The notes under the pieces: model-generated
The model's input: the letters and a program-made list of their open reading frames with translations, nothing else
What the model was told of the DNA's origin: nothing
The model's database searches: none
NCBI GenBank assembly: GCA_903843285.1
Contig: CAIMPC010000062.1
Coordinates: 8,895 to 72,894 of the forward strand
Reading direction: 5' to 3'
From: Candidatus Omnitrophota bacterium
GTDB lineage: Bacteria > Omnitrophota > Gorgyraeia > 2-01-FULL-45-10
Length of the DNA stretch: 64,000 bases
Shown: in pieces, positions 1 to 8,669 of the stretch
How the letters are laid out: each line of letters begins with the position of its first letter
Position numbering within the stretch: position 1 is the first letter of the stretch
Program-made: the position numbers and the translations under genes

Positions 1-866
1 ATACCCGCGAACCTCTGGCGCCCCACCGCATCGATCTCGTCAATAAATATGATCGCGCCACGGCCGCTTACCTTTGCGGACTTCTTCGCCTGCTCAAATA
101 GATCGCGAACCCTGGAAGCCCCGACGCCCACAAACATTTCTACGAAATCAGATCCCGACATCGAAAGAAACGGCACGTCAGCCTCGCCGGCAACGGCCTT
201 TGCCAGGAGCGTCTTACCTGTACCCGGAGGACCCATTAAAAGAACACCTTTAGGTATCTTACCTCCGAGCCGCTGAAACTTCCGAGGATCTTTTAAGAAC
301 TCGATAACTTCCTGAAGCTCTTCCTTGGCTTCATTCACGCCCGCCACATCTTCGAACGTAACCTTAGTCTTCGACTCCGATCCCAGGGTTATGCGGGACT
401 TCCCGAAAGCCATGAATCTGCCGCCGCCTTGAGCCGCACTACCTCTATAGACGAATAACCAAAGGAATAATATGAACAATACCATCGGACCCAGAGAGTA
501 GAATATGTTCATTAGAAGCGTCTTTGGCGGCTTAATATCGAAATCTTTCACATTCTCCCGGAGACTTCTTATGATGTCCTGGTCCGCATCCGGGATATTA
601 ACTATAAATTTCGATCCGTCCGAAAGAGATCCCTTTAAGATATTCTCGACCTTAATACACGAAGCTATCTTTTGGGTTGAAGGATTTTCTTTCAGCATCT
701 GGAAAAACTTTGAATACGACAACTCCTGAACGGGCTTCTCCGATGAAGATGGGTTGAATGTATTTACTAAATATAAAACGCCCAGGATGATAAAAAACCA
801 TATCAAAAAGTTCCCCTTACCCCGCACCGGGGGGACGCTATTCTTCTGTCGATCTTTCTGTTCCAT
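1..866 (-). CDS. ftsH: ATP-dependent zinc metalloprotease FtsH, 5' portion only. The gene starts at 866 and its C-terminus lies beyond the window start.
   Basis: Minus-strand translation from the ATG at 864-866 gives an N-terminal TM region followed by an AAA Walker A motif ([51 protein letters not shown]). It sits downstream of tilS, as is typical. Confidence 0.85.
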   Translation of the reverse strand, partial: MEQKDRQKNSVPPVRGKGNFLIWFFIILGVLYLVNTFNPSSSEKPVQELSYSKFFQMLKENPSTQKIASCIKVENILKGSLSDGSKFIVNIPDADQDIIRSLRENVKDFDIKPPKTLLMNIFYSLGPMVLFILFLWLFVYRGSAAQGGGRFMAFGKSRITLGSESKTKVTFEDVAGVNEAKEELQEVIEFLKDPRKFQRLGGKIPKGVLLMGPPGTGKTLLAKAVAGEADVPFLSMSGSDFVEMFVGVGASRVRDLFEQAKKSAKVSGRGAIIFIDEIDAVGRQRFAG

Positions 867-941
867 ACTATTTAACTCCGATCTTTTTTATTATGTACAT
901 TAAGTAAAATATATTAGCAGGATATAAGCCTAATGGCAAGA

Positions 942-1943
942 TTAGATTTTTCTGATTTTGCTGAGGCGCAGCTCATTTGCACCCCTGTAGGCTACGACTC
1001 CTCCCGGCAAATGCACGGACGAACCTTTGGCTTTACGGTTAATAAGGCCCTCCACCTCTTTCCAGTGCCTGAACGACAACTTCTTAACCTCGCCGCCTGC
1101 TTTTTCCAGACATTCACGTAAGATTTCCTTCTGTATTGAGCGGGATTGAATTATTAAATCTTTAAGCTTTACCTCGACTCCACCGAACTTCGGATAATTA
1201 AGCAGATTTTTAATACCGGCGTTCGCTTCCTCGATAAATTCGAAATCTTCCCGCAGGTGCTCCGCCATGTTAAATAAAGCCCTCTTCAGCCTGGGATTGT
1301 ATTTCTCAAGAAACGGTACGATCTGGCCTCGAACAACATTTCGGAAATATATCGGCTCGATATTAGTGCGGTCGATCCTGTAAAGAATTCCCTCGCTATT
1401 AAGGTATTTCAGGATATCGCGCTTTTCGATCTCAAAAATCGGCCTGATTATTTTAAAATCACCCTCAAGCCGCGACGGGGCTATTCCGACCAGCCCCTTC
1501 AATGACGCACCCTTAATAACGCGCATTAAGATCGTCTCAGCCTGGTCATCCAAAGTGTGCCCCGTGGCGATAATATTGGCACCCAGCTTCTTACCGGCAG
1601 TTCGATAGAATTGATACCGCTCCATGCGCGCATGTTCTTCCGTAGATAAACTTTTAGGTTTGGATTTATTAACATCGATCTTTTTATAAACGATCTCGAC
1701 CCCTAACTCTTTCGCAAGTTTTTTAACAAACAAAGAATCCTCGCCGGACTCTTTGCCCCGCAGTCCATGATCGAGATTACAGACGGAGACCTTCTTCAAA
1801 TTAAGCTTTCTTCCGAGCGATAGAAGCGCATGCAGTAGAAAGACAGAATCCGGCCCGCCCGAACACGCGACCATAACCGAGTCTCCGGGCTTCAACAGCT
1901 CGTAGTTCCGTATCGTCTTCAATACTTGCTCGATTAATTTCAT
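942..1943 (-). CDS. tilS: tRNA(Ile)-lysidine synthetase
   Basis: 333 aa. Has the PP-loop SGGPDS motif and the TilS substrate-binding region. The tilS-ftsH arrangement is conserved. Confidence 0.85.
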   Translation of the reverse strand: MKLIEQVLKTIRNYELLKPGDSVMVACSGGPDSVFLLHALLSLGRKLNLKKVSVCNLDHGLRGKESGEDSLFVKKLAKELGVEIVYKKIDVNKSKPKSLSTEEHARMERYQFYRTAGKKLGANIIATGHTLDDQAETILMRVIKGASLKGLVGIAPSRLEGDFKIIRPIFEIEKRDILKYLNSEGILYRIDRTNIEPIYFRNVVRGQIVPFLEKYNPRLKRALFNMAEHLREDFEFIEEANAGIKNLLNYPKFGGVEVKLKDLIIQSRSIQKEILRECLEKAGGEVKKLSFRHWKEVEGLINRKAKGSSVHLPGGVVAYRGANELRLSKIRKI

Positions 1944-1990
1944 TTACACTCCGAATGTCACTCGTATGATTTTTAGCCCTCGAAAGATCT

Positions 1991-3259
1991 CTACCCTGCC
2001 GCGCTCTCGCCGGCCAGATGACCGGTGGAGAATGCCTGTTGTAGATTATATCCGCCGCTGGCGGCCGAGCCCTCGATAATCTCGCCCGCAAAATAGAGGC
2101 CCGGAACCAGTTTCGACTCCATAGTCCGCGGGTTGATTTGGCTTATCGAGACACCGCCGCCCGTAACCATCGCCTCTTCTATTGCCAGAGATCCCTTAAC
2201 CGTTAACGGCAACGCCTTAAATAATTTTACTACTTCTCGACGGGCTTTCTGTGTAATCTGATTGACCATGTGCTCCGGATCTATGCCGGCTAATGTCATA
2301 AATAAAGTTATGAGCCTCTGGGGAAGGTAACCTTTCATTATGCTTTTAAACTGCGCCTTACCTGAGGATTTAAATTCCCTTAGCAGTCTATTGTCGAGCT
2401 GTTCGGATGTCAAGGCCGGCTTAAGGTCGATAAAGACATTTACCGCCTTATGGGCTTCTACCATATCCATTACATCACCGCTTAAATCCAGAACCAGGGG
2501 CCCGGATATTCCGAAGTGCGTGAACATAAGTTCGCCTATTTCGGATACGAGCTTCTTTTTCCCTGCTTCAAAGGTTATCCTGATATTCTCGAGCGCTAAT
2601 CCCTGTAAATCTTTTACCCACTCCTGGTTTGTAGTCAGAGGAACGAGGCCCGGCTTAAGTTTAATAATTTTATGGCCCATCTTCTCTGCGATAACAAAAC
2701 CGTCCCCGGATGATCCTGTCGCCCTATAGGACGCGCCGCCCGTAGCGAGTATGACTTTCTTAGCCGATATCGTTCTTTCGGTGCCGATTTCGAGCTTAAA
2801 ATATTCCTTATCTATCTTAATCGATGTAAGCCTCGCGCTGTAAACAATCTTCACACCCAAATCTATAAGACGCCTTACGAGCGCTTCTACCACTGAGCGG
2901 GCCTTATCGTCTGAAGGAAATACCCGTCCTTGGCGCTCAACCTTCATCTCGAGACCACATGAATTGAAGAACTCTATCAGATCGCCATTAAAAAATTTGT
3001 ACAATGCCGTCCGCAGGAATTTACCACTGGTGCCAAACTTTTCTATAAAGGTTTCTATCGGCGCGCTATTAGTTATGTTGCATCTACCCTTACCTGTAAT
3101 CAGTATCTTCTTTCCTATTGAATCATTCCGCTCTATCAGAATAACCATTTTGCCGAGCTCAGCGGCTCGTATAGCAGCCATCGCCCCTGCAGCGCCACCG
3201 CCCACTACGGCTATATCAAAACTTTCGCTCATTAAAGCCTCATGTGACATGGTAGACAT
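1991..3259 (-). CDS. NAD(P)/FAD-dependent oxidoreductase of the HI0933/BaiN family (aminoacetone oxidase-like flavoprotein)
   Basis: 422 aa. N-terminal dinucleotide-binding motif DIAVVGGGAAGAMAA and the family-typical GKGRCNITN motif. Confidence 0.7.
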   Translation of the reverse strand: MSTMSHEALMSESFDIAVVGGGAAGAMAAIRAAELGKMVILIERNDSIGKKILITGKGRCNITNSAPIETFIEKFGTSGKFLRTALYKFFNGDLIEFFNSCGLEMKVERQGRVFPSDDKARSVVEALVRRLIDLGVKIVYSARLTSIKIDKEYFKLEIGTERTISAKKVILATGGASYRATGSSGDGFVIAEKMGHKIIKLKPGLVPLTTNQEWVKDLQGLALENIRITFEAGKKKLVSEIGELMFTHFGISGPLVLDLSGDVMDMVEAHKAVNVFIDLKPALTSEQLDNRLLREFKSSGKAQFKSIMKGYLPQRLITLFMTLAGIDPEHMVNQITQKARREVVKLFKALPLTVKGSLAIEEAMVTGGGVSISQINPRTMESKLVPGLYFAGEIIEGSAASGGYNLQQAFSTGHLAGESAAG

Positions 3260-3635
3260 CTCTCATAAGCTTAGCCACGACCTCACGATCAGCCTTTGCG
3301 AAATCGTAGGCAGCGAGATCCTTAGGTTCGACCCATTTTAATTCATCATGATCCAGAGCGCGAAACTCGCCCGATATGTGGCGGACTTTGTATACCAATA
3401 GCTCCAGCGGAACAAGCATATATTTGAAACTGCTCCGGCAGATAAAATCCCCTATCTCGGCCTCTATACCCAATTCTTCTTTGAGCTCTCTCCTAAGGCA
3501 CTCCTCCGGCGTCTCACCGGCATCTATCTTACCACCCGGGAATTCCCATCTGCCACCGTGCCGATCGCCTGCACGCCTTTTGGCGATCAATATCTTCCCG
3601 TCTTTCTCTATAACCGCAGCTGTGACTTTAAACAT
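3240..3635 (-). CDS. NUDIX hydrolase (MutT-like)
   Basis: Nudix box GX5EX7REUXEEXGU is recognisable (GGKIDAGETPEECLRRELKEELGIE). I place the start at the internal Met (MFKVTAAV) so the gene abuts the stop of the upstream gene instead of overlapping it by 47 nt. Confidence 0.7.
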   Translation of the reverse strand: MFKVTAAVIEKDGKILIAKRRAGDRHGGRWEFPGGKIDAGETPEECLRRELKEELGIEAEIGDFICRSSFKYMLVPLELLVYKVRHISGEFRALDHDELKWVEPKDLAAYDFAKADREVVAKLMRDVYHVT

Positions 3636-3636
3636 G

Positions 3637-3972
3637 TTAGTGTCCCGCCATATCGCCATGGTAACGATCATCCCACGACTCATCCCTCATCCTATTAAGC
3701 TCGTTTTGCATCTCCTGCATTGTTATCTTCTCTTCATACGCCTTATTCAGATCTACAGGGCATAGCGCTACATCTATCCATCCCTTTGCATTGTCATCCC
3801 AGAAGAACGCGACATGACCAGCATCCGAATCGATCATAATCTTAAATAGCCTGCCATTAACATCCATGACATCTTCCAAATATCGCTCTTTTTCATGATG
3901 TTCGGCATAGGAATTAAGCTGAAATAAAGCCAACGCCGCTATTATAATTACTAATATTATTTGAGGTCGCAT
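3637..3972 (-). CDS. hypothetical small secreted protein with an N-terminal signal peptide
   Basis: 111 aa. Hydrophobic N-terminus (MRPQIILVIIIAALALFQLNSYA). No recognisable family. Its stop lies 1 nt from the NUDIX start. Confidence 0.4.
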   Translation of the reverse strand: MRPQIILVIIIAALALFQLNSYAEHHEKERYLEDVMDVNGRLFKIMIDSDAGHVAFFWDDNAKGWIDVALCPVDLNKAYEEKITMQEMQNELNRMRDESWDDRYHGDMAGH

Positions 3973-4043
3973 AATCTATTGTTAGTGGGATAGAATTGTT
4001 TGCCCTGCGTTTATCGTTGCTATCTCATAATAGCGAAACAGAA

Positions 4044-4120
4044 TGGTAGCGGGGACTGGATTTGAACCAGTGACACGCCGGGTATGAGCCGACTGCTCTG
4101 CCAGACTGAGCTACCCCGCC
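4044..4120 (-). tRNA. tRNA-Met, anticodon CAU. Could instead be tRNA-Ile2 (lysidine-modified). Not initiator-like.
   Basis: Reverse complement is GGCGGGGTAGCTCAGTCTGGCAGAGCAGTCGGCTCATACCCGGCGTGTCACTGGTTCAAATCCAGTCCCCGCTACCA. It folds as a 77-nt cloverleaf with a 7-bp acceptor stem (G1-U72), D-arm GCTC/GAGC, anticodon loop CTCATAC, T-arm ACTGG/CCAGT, and an encoded CCA. Confidence 0.85.
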
Positions 4121-4150
4121 ACAGAAAAAATTACTACCAAAATCGTGAGA

Positions 4151-4179
4151 ATTATAGCATATTCATCTAACCAGCGCAA
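4151..4179 (-). promoter_or_regulatory. sigma70-like promoter for the tRNA
   Basis: Minus strand reads TTGCGC - 17 nt - TATAAT, about 30 nt upstream of the tRNA 5' end. Confidence 0.4.
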
Positions 4180-4271
4180 CAATTGACCAACCGTTCATAA
4201 TAAGCGCTCCCCCTTGCTTTTACCCGTATTCCGGGGGTTCACTTTATCATTGATTACATTTTTAATGCGCA

Positions 4272-4333
4272 GGGACACGTTTAATCTGAAAAAAGGGGAC
4301 ACGTTAAAGGTTGGATTTGCCAAACGGTACAAA
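4272..4333. repeat. copy A of a ~60-nt conserved repeat (GGGACAcGTTTAATCTgAAAAAAGGGGACACGTTaAAGGTTGGATTTGCCAAACGGTACAAaG). It overlaps the last 9 codons of larE.
   Basis: Near-identical copies lie at 59139-59193, 60431-60492 and 61729-61789, with a partial copy at 59718-59771. Confidence 0.7.
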
Positions 4334-5134
4334 GTAAGATGATTCGTGCATGCTTCCGGTGCGATATCCGGCAAGGTCCAGGGCAATGTACACGAAGCCA
4401 AGCTTTTTAAGATTATCGACAATGGCTTTTTTTAGTTTTAAAACTTTTCTCTGATCTTCGGGTAAGAGTTCGAGCCTGGCGATATCACCATGTATCCTAA
4501 CCCTCACCTGTCTGAACCCCAGAGACCTCAAATAGCTTTCAGCTTTATCGACTCTATTCAGATCTTTTGCCGATATCTTGCTGTGAAATGGAAAACGAGA
4601 TGCAAGGCATGCAAATGACGGTTTGTCCCAGGTAGACAGCCCTAGTTTTCTGGAATATCTCCGGATGTCGTCTTTTGTGAATACGGCTTCGACTAACGGG
4701 CTCCTGACTCCCAGCTCCTTCGCCGCAAACCTACCGTAGCGCACATCCTTCAGGTCATCGTAATTTGCGCCATCGAGCAGATAACTCATCTTATGCGATT
4801 TGCGCAAATTATCCAGCTTTTTGAATAACTCCTTCTTACAGTAGTAGCATCGATTGACGGGATTGGACTTAAAATGTTTTATCGCAAGCTCCTTAGTGTC
4901 TATCGTCAGATGCCTGGCGCCAATTACCTTGGCTACGCGCACGGCCTCTTTATATTCCGCGGCCGGATAGGTCTCGGATCTCGCCGTCACAGCAAGCACA
5001 TTATCCTCACCCAGCACGTCAACAGCGACCTTCAGCAGAAAAGCGCTATCGAGTCCGCCAGAATAGGCGATGACAACGCTGTCCATATTCCTTAATATCT
5101 GCTTTAACTTGCTAAGCTTGTTCATCATCTCCAC
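4304..5134 (-). CDS. larE: ATP-dependent sacrificial sulfur transferase LarE / PP-loop ATP-utilising enzyme (TIGR00268 family)
   Basis: 276 aa. SGGLDS PP-loop motif and the LarE-like cysteine region. Confidence 0.7.
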   Translation of the reverse strand: MEMMNKLSKLKQILRNMDSVVIAYSGGLDSAFLLKVAVDVLGEDNVLAVTARSETYPAAEYKEAVRVAKVIGARHLTIDTKELAIKHFKSNPVNRCYYCKKELFKKLDNLRKSHKMSYLLDGANYDDLKDVRYGRFAAKELGVRSPLVEAVFTKDDIRRYSRKLGLSTWDKPSFACLASRFPFHSKISAKDLNRVDKAESYLRSLGFRQVRVRIHGDIARLELLPEDQRKVLKLKKAIVDNLKKLGFVYIALDLAGYRTGSMHESSYFVPFGKSNL

Positions 5135-5378
5135 TCTCCAGCAACTAATTTTTCGGCTAACTCAATAGTTAACAGCAAAATATTTTGCAAGACACCGGCG
5201 GCTAAGCGGCAGGATAGTCCTTGAGGCGTAAGGTTTTTCGAAGCGGCCGTAGCAATTAAGTGATGCAAATCTTGCACACATTAATTGCAGGCTGCCGAAA
5301 AACTAGCCGAAAGGACACCTGCCGATAAAGCCGCAAAAATATCAATTGGAGTAAAATATTTTAGTCTCCGCCGAAAAA

Positions 5379-6485
5379 TTATCGCGCCCCTTTTATCCAG
5401 CCTCCGCCGAGGACCACATTCTTTTCATAGAAGACCACGGCTTGCCCCGGAGTCGGAGCGGACTGAGGCTCGTCAAAGTCGACCTTAACGGCATCGACAC
5501 CCAGCTTTGTCACAACGGCTTTAGCTTTCTTATGATTATACCGTATCTTCGCTTCTACCTTCATCGGTTTTTCAATATCTTTAATTGAAATCCAGTTTAG
5601 CCTGTCCGCGATGACTCTCCTCTTAAGCAATTCTTTCCTCACTCCAACCACAACGCGATTATTATGAATATCAATCTCTGTAACATATAGCGGTTCTTTA
5701 TGAGCGATCCCCAGCCCGCGACGCTGTCCGATGGTGTAACTCATTATACCTTTATGACAGCCGAGGACCTTGCCATTTTTATCTACTATCGACCCGGGTC
5801 TTGCTTCTACCCCCGTCTTGATCTTTATATATTCATCATAATCTTTGTCCTGCACAAAACAGATATCCTGGCTCGAAACCGTGTTATACGTCCTGACCTT
5901 CATCTTTTTTGCTAATGCCCTGACACGATCTTTCGTAAGTCCGCCGAGAGGGAAGATCGTATGCTTCAGCTGTTCCTGCGAAAGATTAAATAAGAAATAT
6001 GATTGGTCTTTTATTTTATCTTTGCCCTCTTTTAGCAGAAATCGCCCGGTCCGCTTATCCAAACCCGCATTCACATAATGACCCGTAGCGACGTATGAAG
6101 CGCCGAGCGACTGAGCTTTCTCCAGCATCTTACCGAACTTTATCTTCTGGTTACAGATCACGCACGGGTTCGGTGTAAGCCCCTTAAGGTACTCCGAACA
6201 AAAGTAGTCCACTACGTATTTTTTAAAGTCCGCGCTGAAATCAACAACGTAGTAAGGTATGCCGAGGTCTTCGGAAACTGCTCTTGCCCGCGTGACAGCC
6301 TCGAGACTGCAGCAGGCGCGCTCGGAGCTCTGTCCGCATTCTTCCTTAGGCCACATCCTGAATGTGATGCCTATGACGTCGTAGCCTTCCTTCTTAAGTA
6401 AGGCCGCGGCAAGAGAAGAATCTACTCCGCCTGACATTCCGACTACGACTTTAACCTTAGAGTTTGCCCGCTTCTTTAGCGCCAT
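5379..6485 (-). CDS. mnmA: tRNA-specific 2-thiouridylase MnmA
   Basis: VVVGMSGGVDSS PP-loop motif and the MnmA catalytic Cys region (PNPCVICN). I place the start at MALKKRANSKV. Confidence 0.85.
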   Translation of the reverse strand: MALKKRANSKVKVVVGMSGGVDSSLAAALLKKEGYDVIGITFRMWPKEECGQSSERACCSLEAVTRARAVSEDLGIPYYVVDFSADFKKYVVDYFCSEYLKGLTPNPCVICNQKIKFGKMLEKAQSLGASYVATGHYVNAGLDKRTGRFLLKEGKDKIKDQSYFLFNLSQEQLKHTIFPLGGLTKDRVRALAKKMKVRTYNTVSSQDICFVQDKDYDEYIKIKTGVEARPGSIVDKNGKVLGCHKGIMSYTIGQRRGLGIAHKEPLYVTEIDIHNNRVVVGVRKELLKRRVIADRLNWISIKDIEKPMKVEAKIRYNHKKAKAVVTKLGVDAVKVDFDEPQSAPTPGQAVVFYEKNVVLGGGWIKGAR

Positions 6486-7518
6486 ATCGATCCATAAAAT
6501 CTTCTGTCGTCTTAACCACAAATTTATCTTTTACCTGCGAAATGATCAGGGCATCCTCACCATGACCTATATCCAGCAATTTTAATCCCTTATCACCGAG
6601 AATACATAACGCGGTCGCCAGAATATCGGCGGCCGACGCATCATCGGCGATCACGGTGGAGCTGATATTGCCGTCGCCCATAGGATATCCGTTCCTGGGA
6701 TCTATGATATGCGAATAACGCCTCCCACCCAACATAAAAAATCTTTCATAATCGCCGGATGTTATAACGGCTTTATTTCGCACCTTGAGTTTTAAAAATA
6801 TCCTGCCTCTTTCTCTCGGATGTTGAATACCGACATTCCATAATTTCTTCGCCGATGGCGCCCCCAGACAATACATATTGCCGCCGGGATTAACGATTGC
6901 ATTATGAATGCCGTTTGCAATAAGCACTTTAGCGGCGCGATCTGCCGCATATCCTTTCGCCACTCCTCCCAGATCTATCGCCATTGCCTCCTTCTTAAAA
7001 GAGATCGTCTTCCGGAGGCTGTCCAATACCACATATTTTGAACCGACTCGCTCTACGGCATTTTTAATATCTTCTTCGCCCGGAAGGGCTCCAAGCGTTT
7101 TAGCCTTCGCCCAAATATCCACCAGGGGTTTTACGGTAATATCGAATGCGCCATCGGTCCTGAAGCTGTAGTCAATAGACTTCTTTATTAAGCCGAATGT
7201 CTCATCCGATATTTTTAATACTTCATCTTTTTTCAACCTGTTGATCTTCGAAACTTCACTATCTTCTTTATATACGCTGAGGAGGCTTTCTATGCGCGCT
7301 ATTTCATTGAACGCCTTGTCGATAGCCCCGACAATCTCACCTGAGCGCTTCCTCTCGGACGCAGGCACCTTAATCTGAACGATGGTACCCATGAGAAAAG
7401 CTTCTTTCTCCACCATTGGTATGGCATAATTGGCTCCCTGCAGCATGAAGAAAGCGCATGGCGCGGCGGTGAAGGCCAGTAATATCACGGTTATTATTAT
7501 ACGCCGGGAAGGGGTCAT
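6457..7518 (-). CDS. apbE: FAD:protein FMN transferase (ApbE family), exported or lipoprotein
   Basis: 353 aa. Signal/lipobox-like N-terminus. ApbE motifs (GTIVQIK...DLGGVAKGYAAD...TSGDYERFF). Confidence 0.8.
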   Translation of the reverse strand: MTPSRRIIITVILLAFTAAPCAFFMLQGANYAIPMVEKEAFLMGTIVQIKVPASERKRSGEIVGAIDKAFNEIARIESLLSVYKEDSEVSKINRLKKDEVLKISDETFGLIKKSIDYSFRTDGAFDITVKPLVDIWAKAKTLGALPGEEDIKNAVERVGSKYVVLDSLRKTISFKKEAMAIDLGGVAKGYAADRAAKVLIANGIHNAIVNPGGNMYCLGAPSAKKLWNVGIQHPRERGRIFLKLKVRNKAVITSGDYERFFMLGGRRYSHIIDPRNGYPMGDGNISSTVIADDASAADILATALCILGDKGLKLLDIGHGEDALIISQVKDKFVVKTTEDFMDRYGAKEAGKL

Positions 7519-8609
7519 TTCAGGCTATCGACAACTTTATCGATATCGATATATTTCTCTACCATATCTACTATTATCTTTATCTTCTCGGCATCCTGAG
7601 GTTTAAGCTTAACGATCATGGAATGGACGCGAGAGGCAATCTTATAGGTATCTTCTTTCGTGGTAAGGACCGGTATCTTCGACTTCTTAAGCCTGCTCAT
7701 GCTTCCACGCTTAGGCATAAGCCCGCCCGATATTATCAGCCCCGAGAAGCGGCAACCCTTTTTCATCCTGCCGGACTGGACCTTACAGGCGGCCTCGATC
7801 ATTTCGTCACGGTCGCCCGGTATAATCATAAGGGTATTATTCGATAGAAATTTAATAGCGTCTCTGACATTCATCGCACCGATAAGCACGTTCTCCACCG
7901 GCTTATCAAAGCTATCACCTTCATACAGTACGTGGATCTTTAATTCTTCCCTTATCTCGCGCATTGTGGGTATATCGAGTATCTTCTGATATGGCAATGC
8001 TCCAAATACGTTCAATTTCTTCTGCTCAAGGCCCTTAACAACCAGTTTTGATATCCTCTCATACTTCTCCGGAAGAACTTTATTTATGACAACACCGGCT
8101 ATCTTTACACCCTCTTTATCGAAAAGGGCCTTATTCAGCATTATCTCATCGATAGGCTTACCAACACCGCCTGATGATATGAGAAGCACGTCGGCGCCCA
8201 AAAGCTTTGCGACCACAGCATTCGACAGATCGAGCACGCTTCCCACGCCGGCGTGACCGGTACCTTCGATTATCACCAGGTCATTATTTTTTGCTACGCG
8301 CCCATACGCCTCCGTTATCTGCCTGGTATAATCATTATCCGATCCCTTCTCTATAAACCGCTCGGTAAATCCGCGTTCGATAGCGATCGGAGACATATCC
8401 TTAATGTTGCACTTAATTCCGAACACTTCCTCTATGAGAACCGAATCCTCGTCCACCTTATAACCCTGCTCAACGAGATAACGCTGTCCGATGGGTTTAA
8501 TGAATCCTATCTTATCGAACCGCTTCTTCAGCGCCGCTATCAATCCGAGCGAAACGGTGGTCTTGCCGTCATTCTGCATCGTGGCCGCGACAAATATCTT
8601 CTTCGCCAT
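7515..8609 (-). CDS. free-standing P-loop (BioD/CobQ-like) plus DRTGG domain protein, resembling the phosphotransacetylase N-terminal region
   Basis: 364 aa. N-terminal ATMQNDGKTTVSLGL P-loop and a C-terminal DRTGG-like region (IIPGDRDEM...LIISGG). Confidence 0.6.
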   Translation of the reverse strand: MAKKIFVAATMQNDGKTTVSLGLIAALKKRFDKIGFIKPIGQRYLVEQGYKVDEDSVLIEEVFGIKCNIKDMSPIAIERGFTERFIEKGSDNDYTRQITEAYGRVAKNNDLVIIEGTGHAGVGSVLDLSNAVVAKLLGADVLLISSGGVGKPIDEIMLNKALFDKEGVKIAGVVINKVLPEKYERISKLVVKGLEQKKLNVFGALPYQKILDIPTMREIREELKIHVLYEGDSFDKPVENVLIGAMNVRDAIKFLSNNTLMIIPGDRDEMIEAACKVQSGRMKKGCRFSGLIISGGLMPKRGSMSRLKKSKIPVLTTKEDTYKIASRVHSMIVKLKPQDAEKIKIIVDMVEKYIDIDKVVDSLK

Positions 8610-8669
8610 GAAAAATGGGTTCCCTTTTTCTGCTGCTGGGCTGAAATATCTAACCAGGTTAAATAGCTA

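Noticed and set aside
49-276. 75-aa plus-strand ORF at the window start
   Set aside because: It is antisense to the FtsH AAA domain. The minus-strand translation is an unmistakable FtsH.
1801-2091. 96-aa minus-strand ORF bridging tilS and the flavoprotein gene
   Set aside because: It is out of frame with both real genes and Arg/Ala-rich low complexity. It is an overlap artefact.
4044-4120. tRNA as the integration site of the repeat-bearing element
   Set aside because: The repeat is not a duplicated tRNA 3' segment. It lies 5' of the tRNA and there is no integrase nearby.
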